Source of the DNA: Desulfuromonas sp. | GTDB taxonomy: Bacteria > Desulfobacterota > Desulfuromonadia > Desulfuromonadales > UBA2294 | DNA length: 62,620 bases | Direction: 5' to 3' | Assembly (NCBI GenBank): GCA_002868925.1 | Contig: PKTZ01000109.1 | Span: 1 to 62,620 of the forward strand | Shown here: in pieces, positions 55,294 to 62,620 of the stretch | Position numbering within the stretch: position 1 is the first letter of the stretch | Layout: each line of letters begins with the position of its first letter | Translations under genes and position numbers: made by a program | The notes under the pieces: model-generated | What the model was told of the DNA's origin: nothing | Databases searched by the model: none | The model's input: only the letters and a program-made list of their open reading frames with translations

Positions 55294-55650
55294 TTATTCA
55301 ACCACAGCCTCAGAATGTTTTTTCAAAACGTCGGCACAGACCTTTTCCCACCGTGGCTCAATCACTCCAGGGCTTTCAATCAACGTGTCCATGAAAAGCT
55401 TCATCTCTGATTTAATCGACTCCATATCAGTGTAATTGTTTGCCGCCGAAAGCATTTCTATACCTTTTGTCTTGTACTCCACGGAAACCTCAGGCTCATC
55501 CTCTTCGAACATACTGGCACCGACAAGGTACAAACCCCCACAGCGTATCAACTGATCAGCGATTGGCACTTCCTCTGTTGAAGGATTTCCCAAAACCGGA
55601 GAGCCTGCCAGTAGCAGAACCATAATTGAAGTCAAAATTTTATATTTCAC
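55294..55650 (-). CDS. Hypothetical secreted protein (118 aa)
   Basis: Signal peptide MKYKILTSIMVLLLAGSPVLG. No family recognised. Confidence 0.5.
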   Translation of the reverse strand: MKYKILTSIMVLLLAGSPVLGNPSTEEVPIADQLIRCGGLYLVGASMFEEDEPEVSVEYKTKGIEMLSAANNYTDMESIKSEMKLFMDTLIESPGVIEPRWEKVCADVLKKHSEAVVE

Positions 55651-55685
55651 AGCTCACACCTCGGCCACGTAGATCAAATACTTCA

Positions 55686-56150
55686 TCACAATAGCCCCAA
55701 CGACTCGAATGTCGTGCCGTCTTCGCACGGATCAAGCGCTGTTAATGCGTTATCGTAGAATCGTTTAAACACATCAAGAGGAATTTCATTTTTGAAGGTG
55801 GTTAGGCTGACGGTATTATCCTCGTCACAACGGGAGATCACTGCGACGATATCGCCATCCGAGTTTAACAGCTCCAAATTCATCGTGTCCCGATCAATAT
55901 CTGATGCAAGCTGATAGCTCCAATTTTCTGTTTCAGGCGAAACCCTGCAGATCGCGACCAGACATTCTTTCTCAGACAGAAGGCGTTTCTGACAACGTAC
56001 CGTTTCCCCCGGCTTGAACTTCCAGTGTTCGCCCTCCGGGACAACGGTCTTCTGCGGAATCAAATACTGGTCTTCTCTAACATGATGTGATTGAACAGGT
56101 CGCCAGCTATTTGGCCCTTCGTACATAAGAAAGATATGTATTTCAGCCAT
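55686..56150 (-). CDS. Hypothetical cytoplasmic protein (154 aa)
   Basis: No signal peptide. Overlaps the upstream gene by 8 nt, which suggests translational coupling. Confidence 0.5.
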   Translation of the reverse strand: MAEIHIFLMYEGPNSWRPVQSHHVREDQYLIPQKTVVPEGEHWKFKPGETVRCQKRLLSEKECLVAICRVSPETENWSYQLASDIDRDTMNLELLNSDGDIVAVISRCDEDNTVSLTTFKNEIPLDVFKRFYDNALTALDPCEDGTTFESLGLL

Positions 56151-56388
56151 AAAGGTCTCTCTCCTTCAAAAACTCAACAACTTCCGCAATATCGTATTCC
56201 TCGAGAATAATAGCCAAACACTCTTTGCGGTCTTCATCCTCCTCTTTGAGAAACAGCTCTGTCAACCGTACAACTAACTCAGGGTGTTTCTGTAGAACCC
56301 TGTCAATCGCAGCATGTGTTTCACCCTGGTCACCTTCGGCAAAAATCTCTTCAAAATAATTCAAGACATTTTTGAATTGCTGTTCCAA
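56143..56388 (-). CDS. Hypothetical small acidic helical protein (81 aa)
   Basis: Acidic, all-helical sequence within a run of tightly spaced same-strand genes. Confidence 0.45.
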   Translation of the reverse strand: MEQQFKNVLNYFEEIFAEGDQGETHAAIDRVLQKHPELVVRLTELFLKEEDEDRKECLAIILEEYDIAEVVEFLKERDLYG

Positions 56389-56397
56389 TAGCCCCTC

Positions 56398-56964
56398 CTA
56401 CTCAAGCAACACCGGCTCACCGACCTGAGCCAGCTCGCCTGTTGCCGCATCGAGAGAATACGTTATGGAATAGGTTCTTATTTCGCCTGAAGCTACGTTG
56501 TCCACCGACAGCTCCTTATCCGTATTGAACAGCAGCTTGTCGCCCTGCCAGCGCATCTCCCAGAGACTTCCCGGATAAGGGTCGTAACCTGCCATGTAAC
56601 GGGGCTTCCTTCCCTGGCGGAGCTCCGCAAGGGTTATGATGGCAAGATACGGGTGCCCTTCTCCGCCATTTTCTTCGAGAGCAGCGTACATCTTGGATGG
56701 TGAGACCAGCATCGTGTTGATCTCTGAGCCATCCCCCATGCCGGCAACCTCTTGACGACGCCCCCCTTTTAAAAGATAGACCTCGTTTTCGTAGTAGTTC
56801 CCATATTCAACATAAGTGTACGCCCAACAAAATGAAGTCTCTTCTTCAAGACCAACCTCGACACAGTTCAGTTCATCGAGGGATATATGATTGTTTTGCC
56901 GTGCGCATGCACCGAGCAAGAGGAGTGCGGCGGCAAGATACGCAGCTGTGAGTATCTTCTTCAT
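56398..56964 (-). CDS. Hypothetical lipoprotein (188 aa)
   Basis: Lipobox LLLGAC. Overlaps the upstream OmpA-like gene by 4 nt. Confidence 0.55.
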   Translation of the reverse strand: MKKILTAAYLAAALLLLGACARQNNHISLDELNCVEVGLEEETSFCWAYTYVEYGNYYENEVYLLKGGRRQEVAGMGDGSEINTMLVSPSKMYAALEENGGEGHPYLAIITLAELRQGRKPRYMAGYDPYPGSLWEMRWQGDKLLFNTDKELSVDNVASGEIRTYSITYSLDAATGELAQVGEPVLLE

Positions 56965-57737
56965 TTCTTTACAACCTTAAATTCTACCCGCCGGTTTTTC
57001 GCCCAGGCCTCTTCAGTATGTCCGGCAGCAGCAGGAAATTCTTCACCGTAACTGATTGTCTTCAGCCTTTTATTCGGTAGACCTAATGCCAGCAGATAAT
57101 TTTTGACCATGTCCGCCATGCGTTCACCAAGCGAAAGATTATATTCTGCTGTCCCCCGCTCATCAGTATGGCCGGAAAGCTCTACCACCCAATCATTGTA
57201 CAGTTTTAAAATCTTGGCGTTTTCCTGGAGCTTTTCCCGTTCCTTGACACTCAGAGCAGCACTGTTGTAATCGAAATAGACGGTCTGCAAATCAGAAGGT
57301 TCGAGCAGCAAATAAGTCACATCATCGTCAAAACTAAATGACCCTGCCGAGGGGTAATAGACAGCTTTGTTTTTATTAAATATCAAGAACGCCGGGGAGG
57401 TAATCCCCTCCCTAAGAAGAGGGATCGGTCCCGGGCCGACCATTCCATCAGGATTGTTTTTTTGGCCATAGACTATTGTGATAACATCCCCTTCAGACAG
57501 GCCACTCGCAGTCCTTGCAATCGACATGACCTGAGCCTGCATTTCCACAAGCAAACCATCTTCAACATCTTCGCGGCTTGTTGATAGGACCTTAACCACA
57601 AGCTTTTCGGGAGAATCCTGCTGGGATTCTGCATAAGCGTATGGGGGCAACTCAGCAGTCGCTTGCGTTGCAAAAATGCTTACAATGAGAATGACAGACC
57701 AACATCCAATATTAGCAATGTGCTTTAAGCGGCTCAT
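56961..57737 (-). CDS. OmpA-family (Pal-like) peptidoglycan-binding protein
   Basis: Start at the ATG at 57737 (ATGA overlap with the upstream stop). Signal peptide. C-terminal OmpA_C (VELSGHTDERGTAEYNLSLGERMADMV...NRRVEF). Confidence 0.8.
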   Translation of the reverse strand: MSRLKHIANIGCWSVILIVSIFATQATAELPPYAYAESQQDSPEKLVVKVLSTSREDVEDGLLVEMQAQVMSIARTASGLSEGDVITIVYGQKNNPDGMVGPGPIPLLREGITSPAFLIFNKNKAVYYPSAGSFSFDDDVTYLLLEPSDLQTVYFDYNSAALSVKEREKLQENAKILKLYNDWVVELSGHTDERGTAEYNLSLGERMADMVKNYLLALGLPNKRLKTISYGEEFPAAAGHTEEAWAKNRRVEFKVVKK

Positions 57738-58048
57738 GGGAAATTCCTTGTATCGGCGATGATCATGAAAGCAGCCAGACATACTGTCATACCGACAAAC
57801 ACGACGTAAGAAATCACTTTTTCACTTTTGCTGTAATGATTCTGAAGAATCAGAGCAAGTATCCCCTGCCCTGCCCAGAGTGGTGACATCACCAATGCGG
57901 TCCCTACAAAAAAAGCGATGGCATAGCCAACGCTAAAAGGAAGAAGCAGAATTGCGCCACCGACTGCCACGACAACAAAAGCCATAGCTGTGGTATAAAG
58001 CCCCAGTCGGAATCGTCCCCAATCAATCAATTTAAAGGCACCCTTCAA
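57734..58048 (-). CDS. Hypothetical small membrane protein (104 aa, about 3 TM)
   Basis: Hydrophobic ORF that overlaps both neighbouring genes. Confidence 0.45.
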   Translation of the reverse strand: MKGAFKLIDWGRFRLGLYTTAMAFVVVAVGGAILLLPFSVGYAIAFFVGTALVMSPLWAGQGILALILQNHYSKSEKVISYVVFVGMTVCLAAFMIIADTRNFP

Positions 58049-58607
58049 TCAGGCTGACGGTGGAAGGTTTGCCGATACGAAAGCTCGAGATACGATAATC
58101 ATCAAATAAGATCTGACCATCGAGAGCTTCGATTCTTTTTTGTGCGTGTGTTTCAAACAGCAGCCGATTGCCGCCGTCGACCTTCACCGATACATAGTGA
58201 GCCCCTCTGCCGTAGGGATGTTCCCGAATGCGAACCTTCGGTTTGAATTTTGACTGGATCTCATCTTCTTTGGAACCGACGGACAGACCGGACAGAGTTT
58301 TTATCTCTTGATCACGCACATCAATGCGGACAATCTGCCCGTCCTGCACCATATATCCCATAGAAGAATAGTCGCCATTGGGATAAACGTAATAACAGCC
58401 ATCGTGCTCGACATTGTTATGACGCAGCAGGGGCATACCGATTAACTCAGATGCCTGCTGTGGTGTCATGCCGATTTTGACCGGGCCGAAGCCGTTGGCG
58501 TGGACATACAAAGGTGATGCTTCTCCCGCTATTGCAGTGCACCACATCATTAAAACCATCAAGAAAGCTAATAAATAGTTCGTTATCATTTCACAACTCA
58601 CATCCAA
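58032..58607 (-). CDS. Hypothetical secreted protein (191 aa)
   Basis: N-terminal hydrophobic signal (LLAFLMVLMMWCTAIAGEA). The start could be 58607 or 58589. Confidence 0.5.
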   Translation of the reverse strand: MDVSCEMITNYLLAFLMVLMMWCTAIAGEASPLYVHANGFGPVKIGMTPQQASELIGMPLLRHNNVEHDGCYYVYPNGDYSSMGYMVQDGQIVRIDVRDQEIKTLSGLSVGSKEDEIQSKFKPKVRIREHPYGRGAHYVSVKVDGGNRLLFETHAQKRIEALDGQILFDDYRISSFRIGKPSTVSLIEGCL

Positions 58608-58683
58608 AACCTGAGATATGTCTATTTTGACTATTTAATTACAAGAATTTATTGCATGCCTTACGGTCATCAAAAAGTCAATT

Positions 58684-59352
58684 TCAAGGGGTGCCAGAAA
58701 TTCCAACTATCTCCTGTTTTTTAAGATCTGCTCCCAAAATTGCCAGGTTAAGACCATCTCCATCCTTGAACAAAATTCGCAATTCATCTTCTTTTGCAAA
58801 TGAATCTATAATTTCAATAACATCAGCTGCGACCAATTCCATTCTGCTTCCATCAACCGTCATAACATACAGATTTTGACCTGAACCCATTTGGCCAGCT
58901 TCTCTTTCTTCTTCAACAATGGCCGCTACATATTGAGGGTCGTCAACCTGTGCTTGTTCTGATTTTCCGACATACCTGGCCGTGTTCCCGAGTTGGGGGA
59001 TCAAGCGATATGAGATGAGTTCTTTCTCCCCATCGGCAAACGGATTGATAAAGCTCTCTTTTGTATGGTTATAAAAAACAATTCCTTCTGAAGATTTACC
59101 CTGCTTTCTGGTTCTGACATAGACGATTGAAATGTCACCATCGACCTTACTTGAATGAAATGTGACACTTGTCGGTATGGCCGCACTTTTCTTTTTCACC
59201 ACACGCTTTACCGGAACCGGTTTTTTTATCTGATCTTTTTCATTGTCTGCATAAAATGCAATGGCCAATAAAAAACAGATGGCTATAGTCAAGGCAAAGA
59301 ACAATAGAGAGTTCGCGCGATTGATGAATCTGAAAAACTTATTTATTCTCAT
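58684..59352 (-). CDS. Hypothetical membrane-anchored protein (first gene after GEMM-I riboswitch copy 2)
   Basis: Start moved to the ATG at 59352 (AGGAG upstream; MRINKFFRFINRANSLLFFALTIAICFLLAIAFYA). The upstream part of the track ORF is the riboswitch terminator. Confidence 0.6.
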   Translation of the reverse strand: MRINKFFRFINRANSLLFFALTIAICFLLAIAFYADNEKDQIKKPVPVKRVVKKKSAAIPTSVTFHSSKVDGDISIVYVRTRKQGKSSEGIVFYNHTKESFINPFADGEKELISYRLIPQLGNTARYVGKSEQAQVDDPQYVAAIVEEEREAGQMGSGQNLYVMTVDGSRMELVAADVIEIIDSFAKEDELRILFKDGDGLNLAILGADLKKQEIVGISGTP

Positions 59353-59398
59353 GACCACTCCTGAATTAAATCGACACCATTTATTGCACTCACCATCC

Positions 59399-59435
59399 AA
59401 TACAAAAGCCACCCACGTCTCCACATGGATGGCTT
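59399..59435 (-). terminator. Expression-platform terminator of riboswitch copy 2
   Basis: Minus strand AAGCCATCCA-TGTGGAGACG-TGGGTGGCTT followed by TTGTATT. Confidence 0.65.
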
Positions 59436-59456
59436 GAAATCCTGCTCAATTATCCC

Positions 59457-59533
59457 CCTCCATGCAACCCGGCTATCTCAGTAAGACCCGTGGCTTTGCG
59501 TCACTGAATCACTTCAGCTTTGCTCTTTGGAAG
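59457..59533 (-). promoter_or_regulatory. GEMM-I cyclic-dinucleotide riboswitch aptamer, copy 2 (A at the specificity position)
   Basis: Minus strand CTTCCAAAGAGCAAAGCTGAAGTGATTCAGTGACGCAAAGCCACGGGTCTTACTGAGATAGCCGGGTTGCATGGAGG. Same 77-nt architecture as copy 1, with a GNRA loop GTGA and compensatory changes in P1 (CTTCCA/TGGAGG versus TTTCCA/TGGGGA). Confidence 0.85.
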
Positions 59534-59836
59534 ATCAATTTACCACAGGAATACTGAAAGACGAATATATTTATATTTCCCGCCCTCCCGGCATCTGGCG
59601 CGTTCCGGCCGCGAGTACCCGAATGCGCACCACCTCATCGGCACCCTGCTGGAACCCGGCATAGGCAATCGGCGACATTTCGGCGGCAACCGGATGCGCG
59701 GCCGAGAATATGAGGGCGAGAACTGCTGTCAGACAAACCGCGAGTCTACCGCATCGATGTATGAATCTTCTCTCCACTCGTCAATTCCTCAAAACACTGA
59801 AAATGAAGTCATCCCAAGCCTTATCGACCGGCCCGG

Positions 59837-60457
59837 TCAGGGCTGAAGCAGCCGAATCTCGAACCGACTCCGGGCCAGATCGAAAACCCCGACGCTCGGC
59901 GCCGTCCCCCGGAATTGATTACAGACCGAACCGGGGTTCAATATGTAGCGCCGTGCGGGGTCGAGAGCGAGCTGAGCAATCGCGCATTTTTCGACGTTTC
60001 CGTCGGCCCAGACGTACTGTTCCGCACGGTGAGTGTGCCCGACAACAAGTATCCGGACGACCGATTCTTCAAAAACCCGGCCCGCCGTATATTCATCGCG
60101 GATATAACCGCCGGCGGCGGTCAACCCCTCTCCCTTCTCCTTACTCAACGGATTGTCGTGAACGAGATAAAAATCGCCCCGAACGATCTGTCGCGGCAGC
60201 CCCTCCAGGTAAGACCGGAATCTCTGGTCGATGTGACTGCCGGTTGTCAGGGCAAGTTCATCGTGATAACCGACCACGCCTGTAATGTTGCGCCCGGTGA
60301 GCAATTCGAGTACCGCATTCGCCTCGGGATCATCTTCGATCAGGTCACCGAGATGGAAGATGCGATCGCAGTCTCGCAGCACGTCAAGCGCTCGGCACAA
60401 ACCGTCTAAATCATTGTGTACGTCGGCCAGGAAACCGATTTTCCGAAGCTTTGCCAC
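59837..60457 (-). CDS. Metallophosphoesterase (calcineurin-like, YfcE/MJ0936-like)
   Basis: 206 aa. Motifs FLADVHND, HLGDLI, GYHDE, VVGHTH and NPGSV. GC-rich like the core genome. Confidence 0.8.
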   Translation of the reverse strand: MAKLRKIGFLADVHNDLDGLCRALDVLRDCDRIFHLGDLIEDDPEANAVLELLTGRNITGVVGYHDELALTTGSHIDQRFRSYLEGLPRQIVRGDFYLVHDNPLSKEKGEGLTAAGGYIRDEYTAGRVFEESVVRILVVGHTHRAEQYVWADGNVEKCAIAQLALDPARRYILNPGSVCNQFRGTAPSVGVFDLARSRFEIRLLQP

Positions 60458-60490
60458 ACTCCTCCTGATATTAATTCTGTTTCGATACGA

Positions 60491-60518
60491 AAAGAGCGAT
60501 CGTAACGATCGCTCTTTT
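60491..60518. terminator. Hairpin terminator between the repeat protein gene and the metallophosphoesterase gene
   Basis: AAAGAGCGATCG-TAA-CGATCGCTCTTT with flanking A and T runs. Confidence 0.7.
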
Positions 60519-60542
60519 TAGTTCTTGCTGTCTTCTGGCAGT

Positions 60543-62620
60543 TTATTCAACCGACTCTTTTTTTGCACCCGGCTTCGCCTCCTGCTGAATCGCCTCGGTG
60601 TTCCTCTTCGCCCGTGCGATAATCTTCTCGACCATCTCCTCGAAGTCGGAATCGAGCTTACTGGTCAGGAACTTGCTGTCGAACATAGTATCGAGGTCAG
60701 CTCCGCGGGTTGCTTCGGTTTTCGGAACCGGAAGCGTATTCGCTTCCTTGAGGATCAAATCGATCTCCGCCAATAATTCATTGCGGATGAACTCCTTTTC
60801 GACCGTCTCATCAGTAATTCCCCGCGTCTTATCCTCTCCTGGCTTTTTCTCAGAATCAAGATAAGCAAACATAGTATCCCGAAGCTCTGAGAGCAGGGCG
60901 AATCGCTTGTTGAATGTCTCTATCTCCTTCTCAACGTCGGCCGTCGAAACCCGCTTCTCCTGTTTGCTGTAATATTTCGAGATTCCGGTATTAGCCTGGC
61001 TGAGCATTTTCTCGATTTCCTGATCAACCATGTTACCATTTTCAACCTCTTTATTGACTGGCTCCACCGGCTTGGCAGCGACCAGTTTCTCCATCTTCTT
61101 CTCGGCCTCTTTCAATAGCTCGGCGAGAATCCCCTTAGAACGCAGCTTCGCCGCTAACGCGTACTGTCCCCCCGGGAACGCCGCGATAAAACGCTGGAAG
61201 TCATAGAGATTGCTCGATTGCTTTAGTTTGCTCCAACTCTCTTTTTCGAGGGTAACCAGCTCGTCACCAATTCCTCGAAAGGTGTAATAATATGGTTTTC
61301 CGTTTTTCGTTGTACTCGTTATATAGGAAGGACGCAATGCATTGAAGTCAGGCTTCGCACCGGCATTCAGGCCGAAACTTTTAATAACACCATAATTACT
61401 CGAGCCACTGTCATACGTCTTCATCTTCGACAGGTCATTCTTGGTCATGCCGAAGTAGTCCATATAGGCCGGGGTAATGTTTTCTTTCCAGCTTTTCGGC
61501 ACAGAGTACTGGGAAGGGTTATCTTTCCACCATGGCGTAATATTCGCCTTCCAACTTCTGGTCACAAGGTATTGGTCAGAAAATCCTCTCATCCGAGATG
61601 AGTATGGCTTGTACTGCAATTCAACTCGCTTCCGCCCGAAGCAATCGTATTTGGGTTCCCACTTTATCTTTCCGCTATCGGATTTGGACATACTCTTTAC
61701 CTGCGGTGAAGCAACCTTAATACAGCTTCGAAACGATGGGGAGTAGTGTTGGACCAGCTTATACCCAGGCTCGCAGCTTCGCGGTCCGCTCCATGCGCTA
61801 CGGAGATGTTCTCCTTTCTCCAGTTGACCGATTCGCGATAGCGCTATCTCCGCCTTCCCCCCATCCGGGAATAACTCCAGGAAATCACGATAATCATCAA
61901 TACTCTCTGAATCCTCGATCAGTTCCCAAGCTGCGAGTTCACCTTCGGAGCTAACACCACGTCCTTGTCCCCAATTGATAATCGGTAGATTAGCATCGGA
62001 GAGGCTACGAGTCGTTCCTGACGACCCACCGGTATAGATCGAATACTGAAACATGAGATTATTACCCATACCATCAGCGCTCGTCACCTCAAAGCCATCC
62101 TCTTTCTGATACTTGTCGATCTGCTTCTCGGCGTCCGAGCGCTCCCTTGGGTTCGGGTCGTAACCGGGCGGCAGCCGGTCGGGTTCCCCCGGAGTGCCGA
62201 AAAGATTGTCAGACGGCGAACTCGGCGCCAGATCGGAGAGTTCGATATCGCCCCGCGCCGGCGCCTCCGCCCCATCTTCATCCTTGGCGGTCGTATCTGC
62301 GCCATCGACGCCCCGGTTGGGGATCGTCACCTGGATTCCTATTCCGCCGTTCGAAAACAGGGGAGAAACGGTCGTGTCCGCCGGGATATCGTCAATCCGC
62401 TTCTCGGCATCCGACCGTTCCCGCGGGTTCGGGTCGTAGCCTGGCGGCAACCGGTCAGGCTTCCCCGCGGTACCGAAAAGATTGTCAGACGGCGAACTCG
62501 GCGCCAGATCGGAGAGTTCGATATCGCCCCGGGTCGGCGCCTCCGCCCCATCTTCATCCTTGGCGGTCGTATCTGCGCCATCGACGCCCCGGTTGGGGAT
62601 CGTCACCTGGACTCCTATTC
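60543..62620 (-). CDS. Large hypothetical repeat protein, N-terminus outside the window
   Basis: The track start at 62606 is a GTG inside a repeat unit (QVTIPNRG...), and the last 14 nt of the window repeat the sequence at 62317-62330, so the ORF continues upstream. N-terminal acidic/Pro-rich tandem repeats are followed by a K/E-rich C-terminal part containing two W..(I/L)...S.....(Y/F)..F(L/I)..FP.G..A..A modules. Confidence 0.6.
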   Translation of the reverse strand, partial: IGVQVTIPNRGVDGADTTAKDEDGAEAPTRGDIELSDLAPSSPSDNLFGTAGKPDRLPPGYDPNPRERSDAEKRIDDIPADTTVSPLFSNGGIGIQVTIPNRGVDGADTTAKDEDGAEAPARGDIELSDLAPSSPSDNLFGTPGEPDRLPPGYDPNPRERSDAEKQIDKYQKEDGFEVTSADGMGNNLMFQYSIYTGGSSGTTRSLSDANLPIINWGQGRGVSSEGELAAWELIEDSESIDDYRDFLELFPDGGKAEIALSRIGQLEKGEHLRSAWSGPRSCEPGYKLVQHYSPSFRSCIKVASPQVKSMSKSDSGKIKWEPKYDCFGRKRVELQYKPYSSRMRGFSDQYLVTRSWKANITPWWKDNPSQYSVPKSWKENITPAYMDYFGMTKNDLSKMKTYDSGSSNYGVIKSFGLNAGAKPDFNALRPSYITSTTKNGKPYYYTFRGIGDELVTLEKESWSKLKQSSNLYDFQRFIAAFPGGQYALAAKLRSKGILAELLKEAEKKMEKLVAAKPVEPVNKEVENGNMVDQEIEKMLSQANTGISKYYSKQEKRVSTADVEKEIETFNKRFALLSELRDTMFAYLDSEKKPGEDKTRGITDETVEKEFIRNELLAEIDLILKEANTLPVPKTEATRGADLDTMFDSKFLTSKLDSDFEEMVEKIIARAKRNTEAIQQEAKPGAKKESVE
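62121..62620. repeat. In-frame tandem repeat (276-nt / 92-aa unit, at least 2.8 copies)
   Basis: VTIPNRGVDGADTTAKDEDGAEAP[TA]RGDIELSDLAPSSPSDNLFGT.G.PDRLPPGYDPNPRERSDAEK occurs twice in full, and a third copy starts at the window edge. Confidence 0.85.

Noticed and set aside
59571-59777. 68-aa GC-rich minus-strand ORF with a signal-peptide-like N-terminus (GTG start, GAGGAA upstream)
   Set aside because: It is possibly a real small secreted protein. However, it is short, it overlaps an equally long plus-strand ORF, and it has no recognisable features, so it was not reported as a feature.
62440-62540. RGD tripeptide in each repeat unit as an integrin-type adhesion motif
   Set aside because: A three-residue motif is expected by chance in an acidic, Gly/Arg-containing repeat. 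Nothing else supports it.
62121-62620. Regularly spaced repeats that could be mistaken for a CRISPR array or a DGR template/variable pair
   Set aside because: The units are 276 nt, contiguous and in-frame within a long ORF, with no spacers. Differences between copies are not adenine-specific, and no reverse transcriptase or cas gene is nearby.

Overview
High-GC deltaproteobacterial chromosome segment, probably Desulfuromonadales/Geobacter-like. This is an inference from the PpcA-type triheme cytochrome, the multiheme cytochromes and the GEMM-I riboswitches.

Layout, left to right:
- 1-4.4 kb: nitrogen module (porin, amtB, glnK, GAF-PAS kinase) on the minus strand.
- 4.7-4.95 kb: a 6S-like sRNA with its own promoter and terminator.
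- 5-23 kb: housekeeping genes (traB-family, rhomboid, ybaK, Sir2, tRNA-Arg, M24 peptidase, HAO-like octaheme cytochrome, mgtC, mogA/moaB-like, MOSC, SPOR, EF-G paralogue, coaX, birA, nadC).
- 23.6-38.2 kb: a plus-strand block with a 3,043-aa cyclic beta-1,2-glucan-synthase-like protein, a translationally coupled RelA/SpoT-TPR protein, then a [NiFe] hydrogenase (large subunit first) and a sensor kinase.
- 39.4-43.5 kb: a ParA-like / O-methyltransferase / PATAN-like / membrane-protein cluster, followed by ABC-F and rne.
- 47.95-59.55 kb: a visibly AT-richer accessory island of secreted, lipoprotein and cell-envelope genes.
- 60.5 kb to the window edge: a partial repeat-containing protein.

Most interesting:
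1. The hydrogenase looks sensory. Its large subunit ends exactly at DPCLACAIH, with no maturation peptide. Its small subunit keeps a twin-arginine motif. The adjacent kinase has a CxxCH heme motif in its periplasmic loop. This suggests a periplasmic H2/redox-sensing module unlike HoxBC-HoxJ.
2. Two near-identical GEMM-I riboswitches carry A at the specificity position (the cGAMP-type GEMM-Ib signature). Each is followed by a terminator and heads an island operon.
3. The glnK-amtB leader has a sigma-54 promoter followed by an unavoidable intrinsic terminator, which implies antitermination control.
4. A roughly 470-500-bp MITE-like repeat family is present in three copies.

All calls come from reading the sequence and ORF translations; no database searches were run. 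Coordinates of non-coding features are good to about +/-3 nt.
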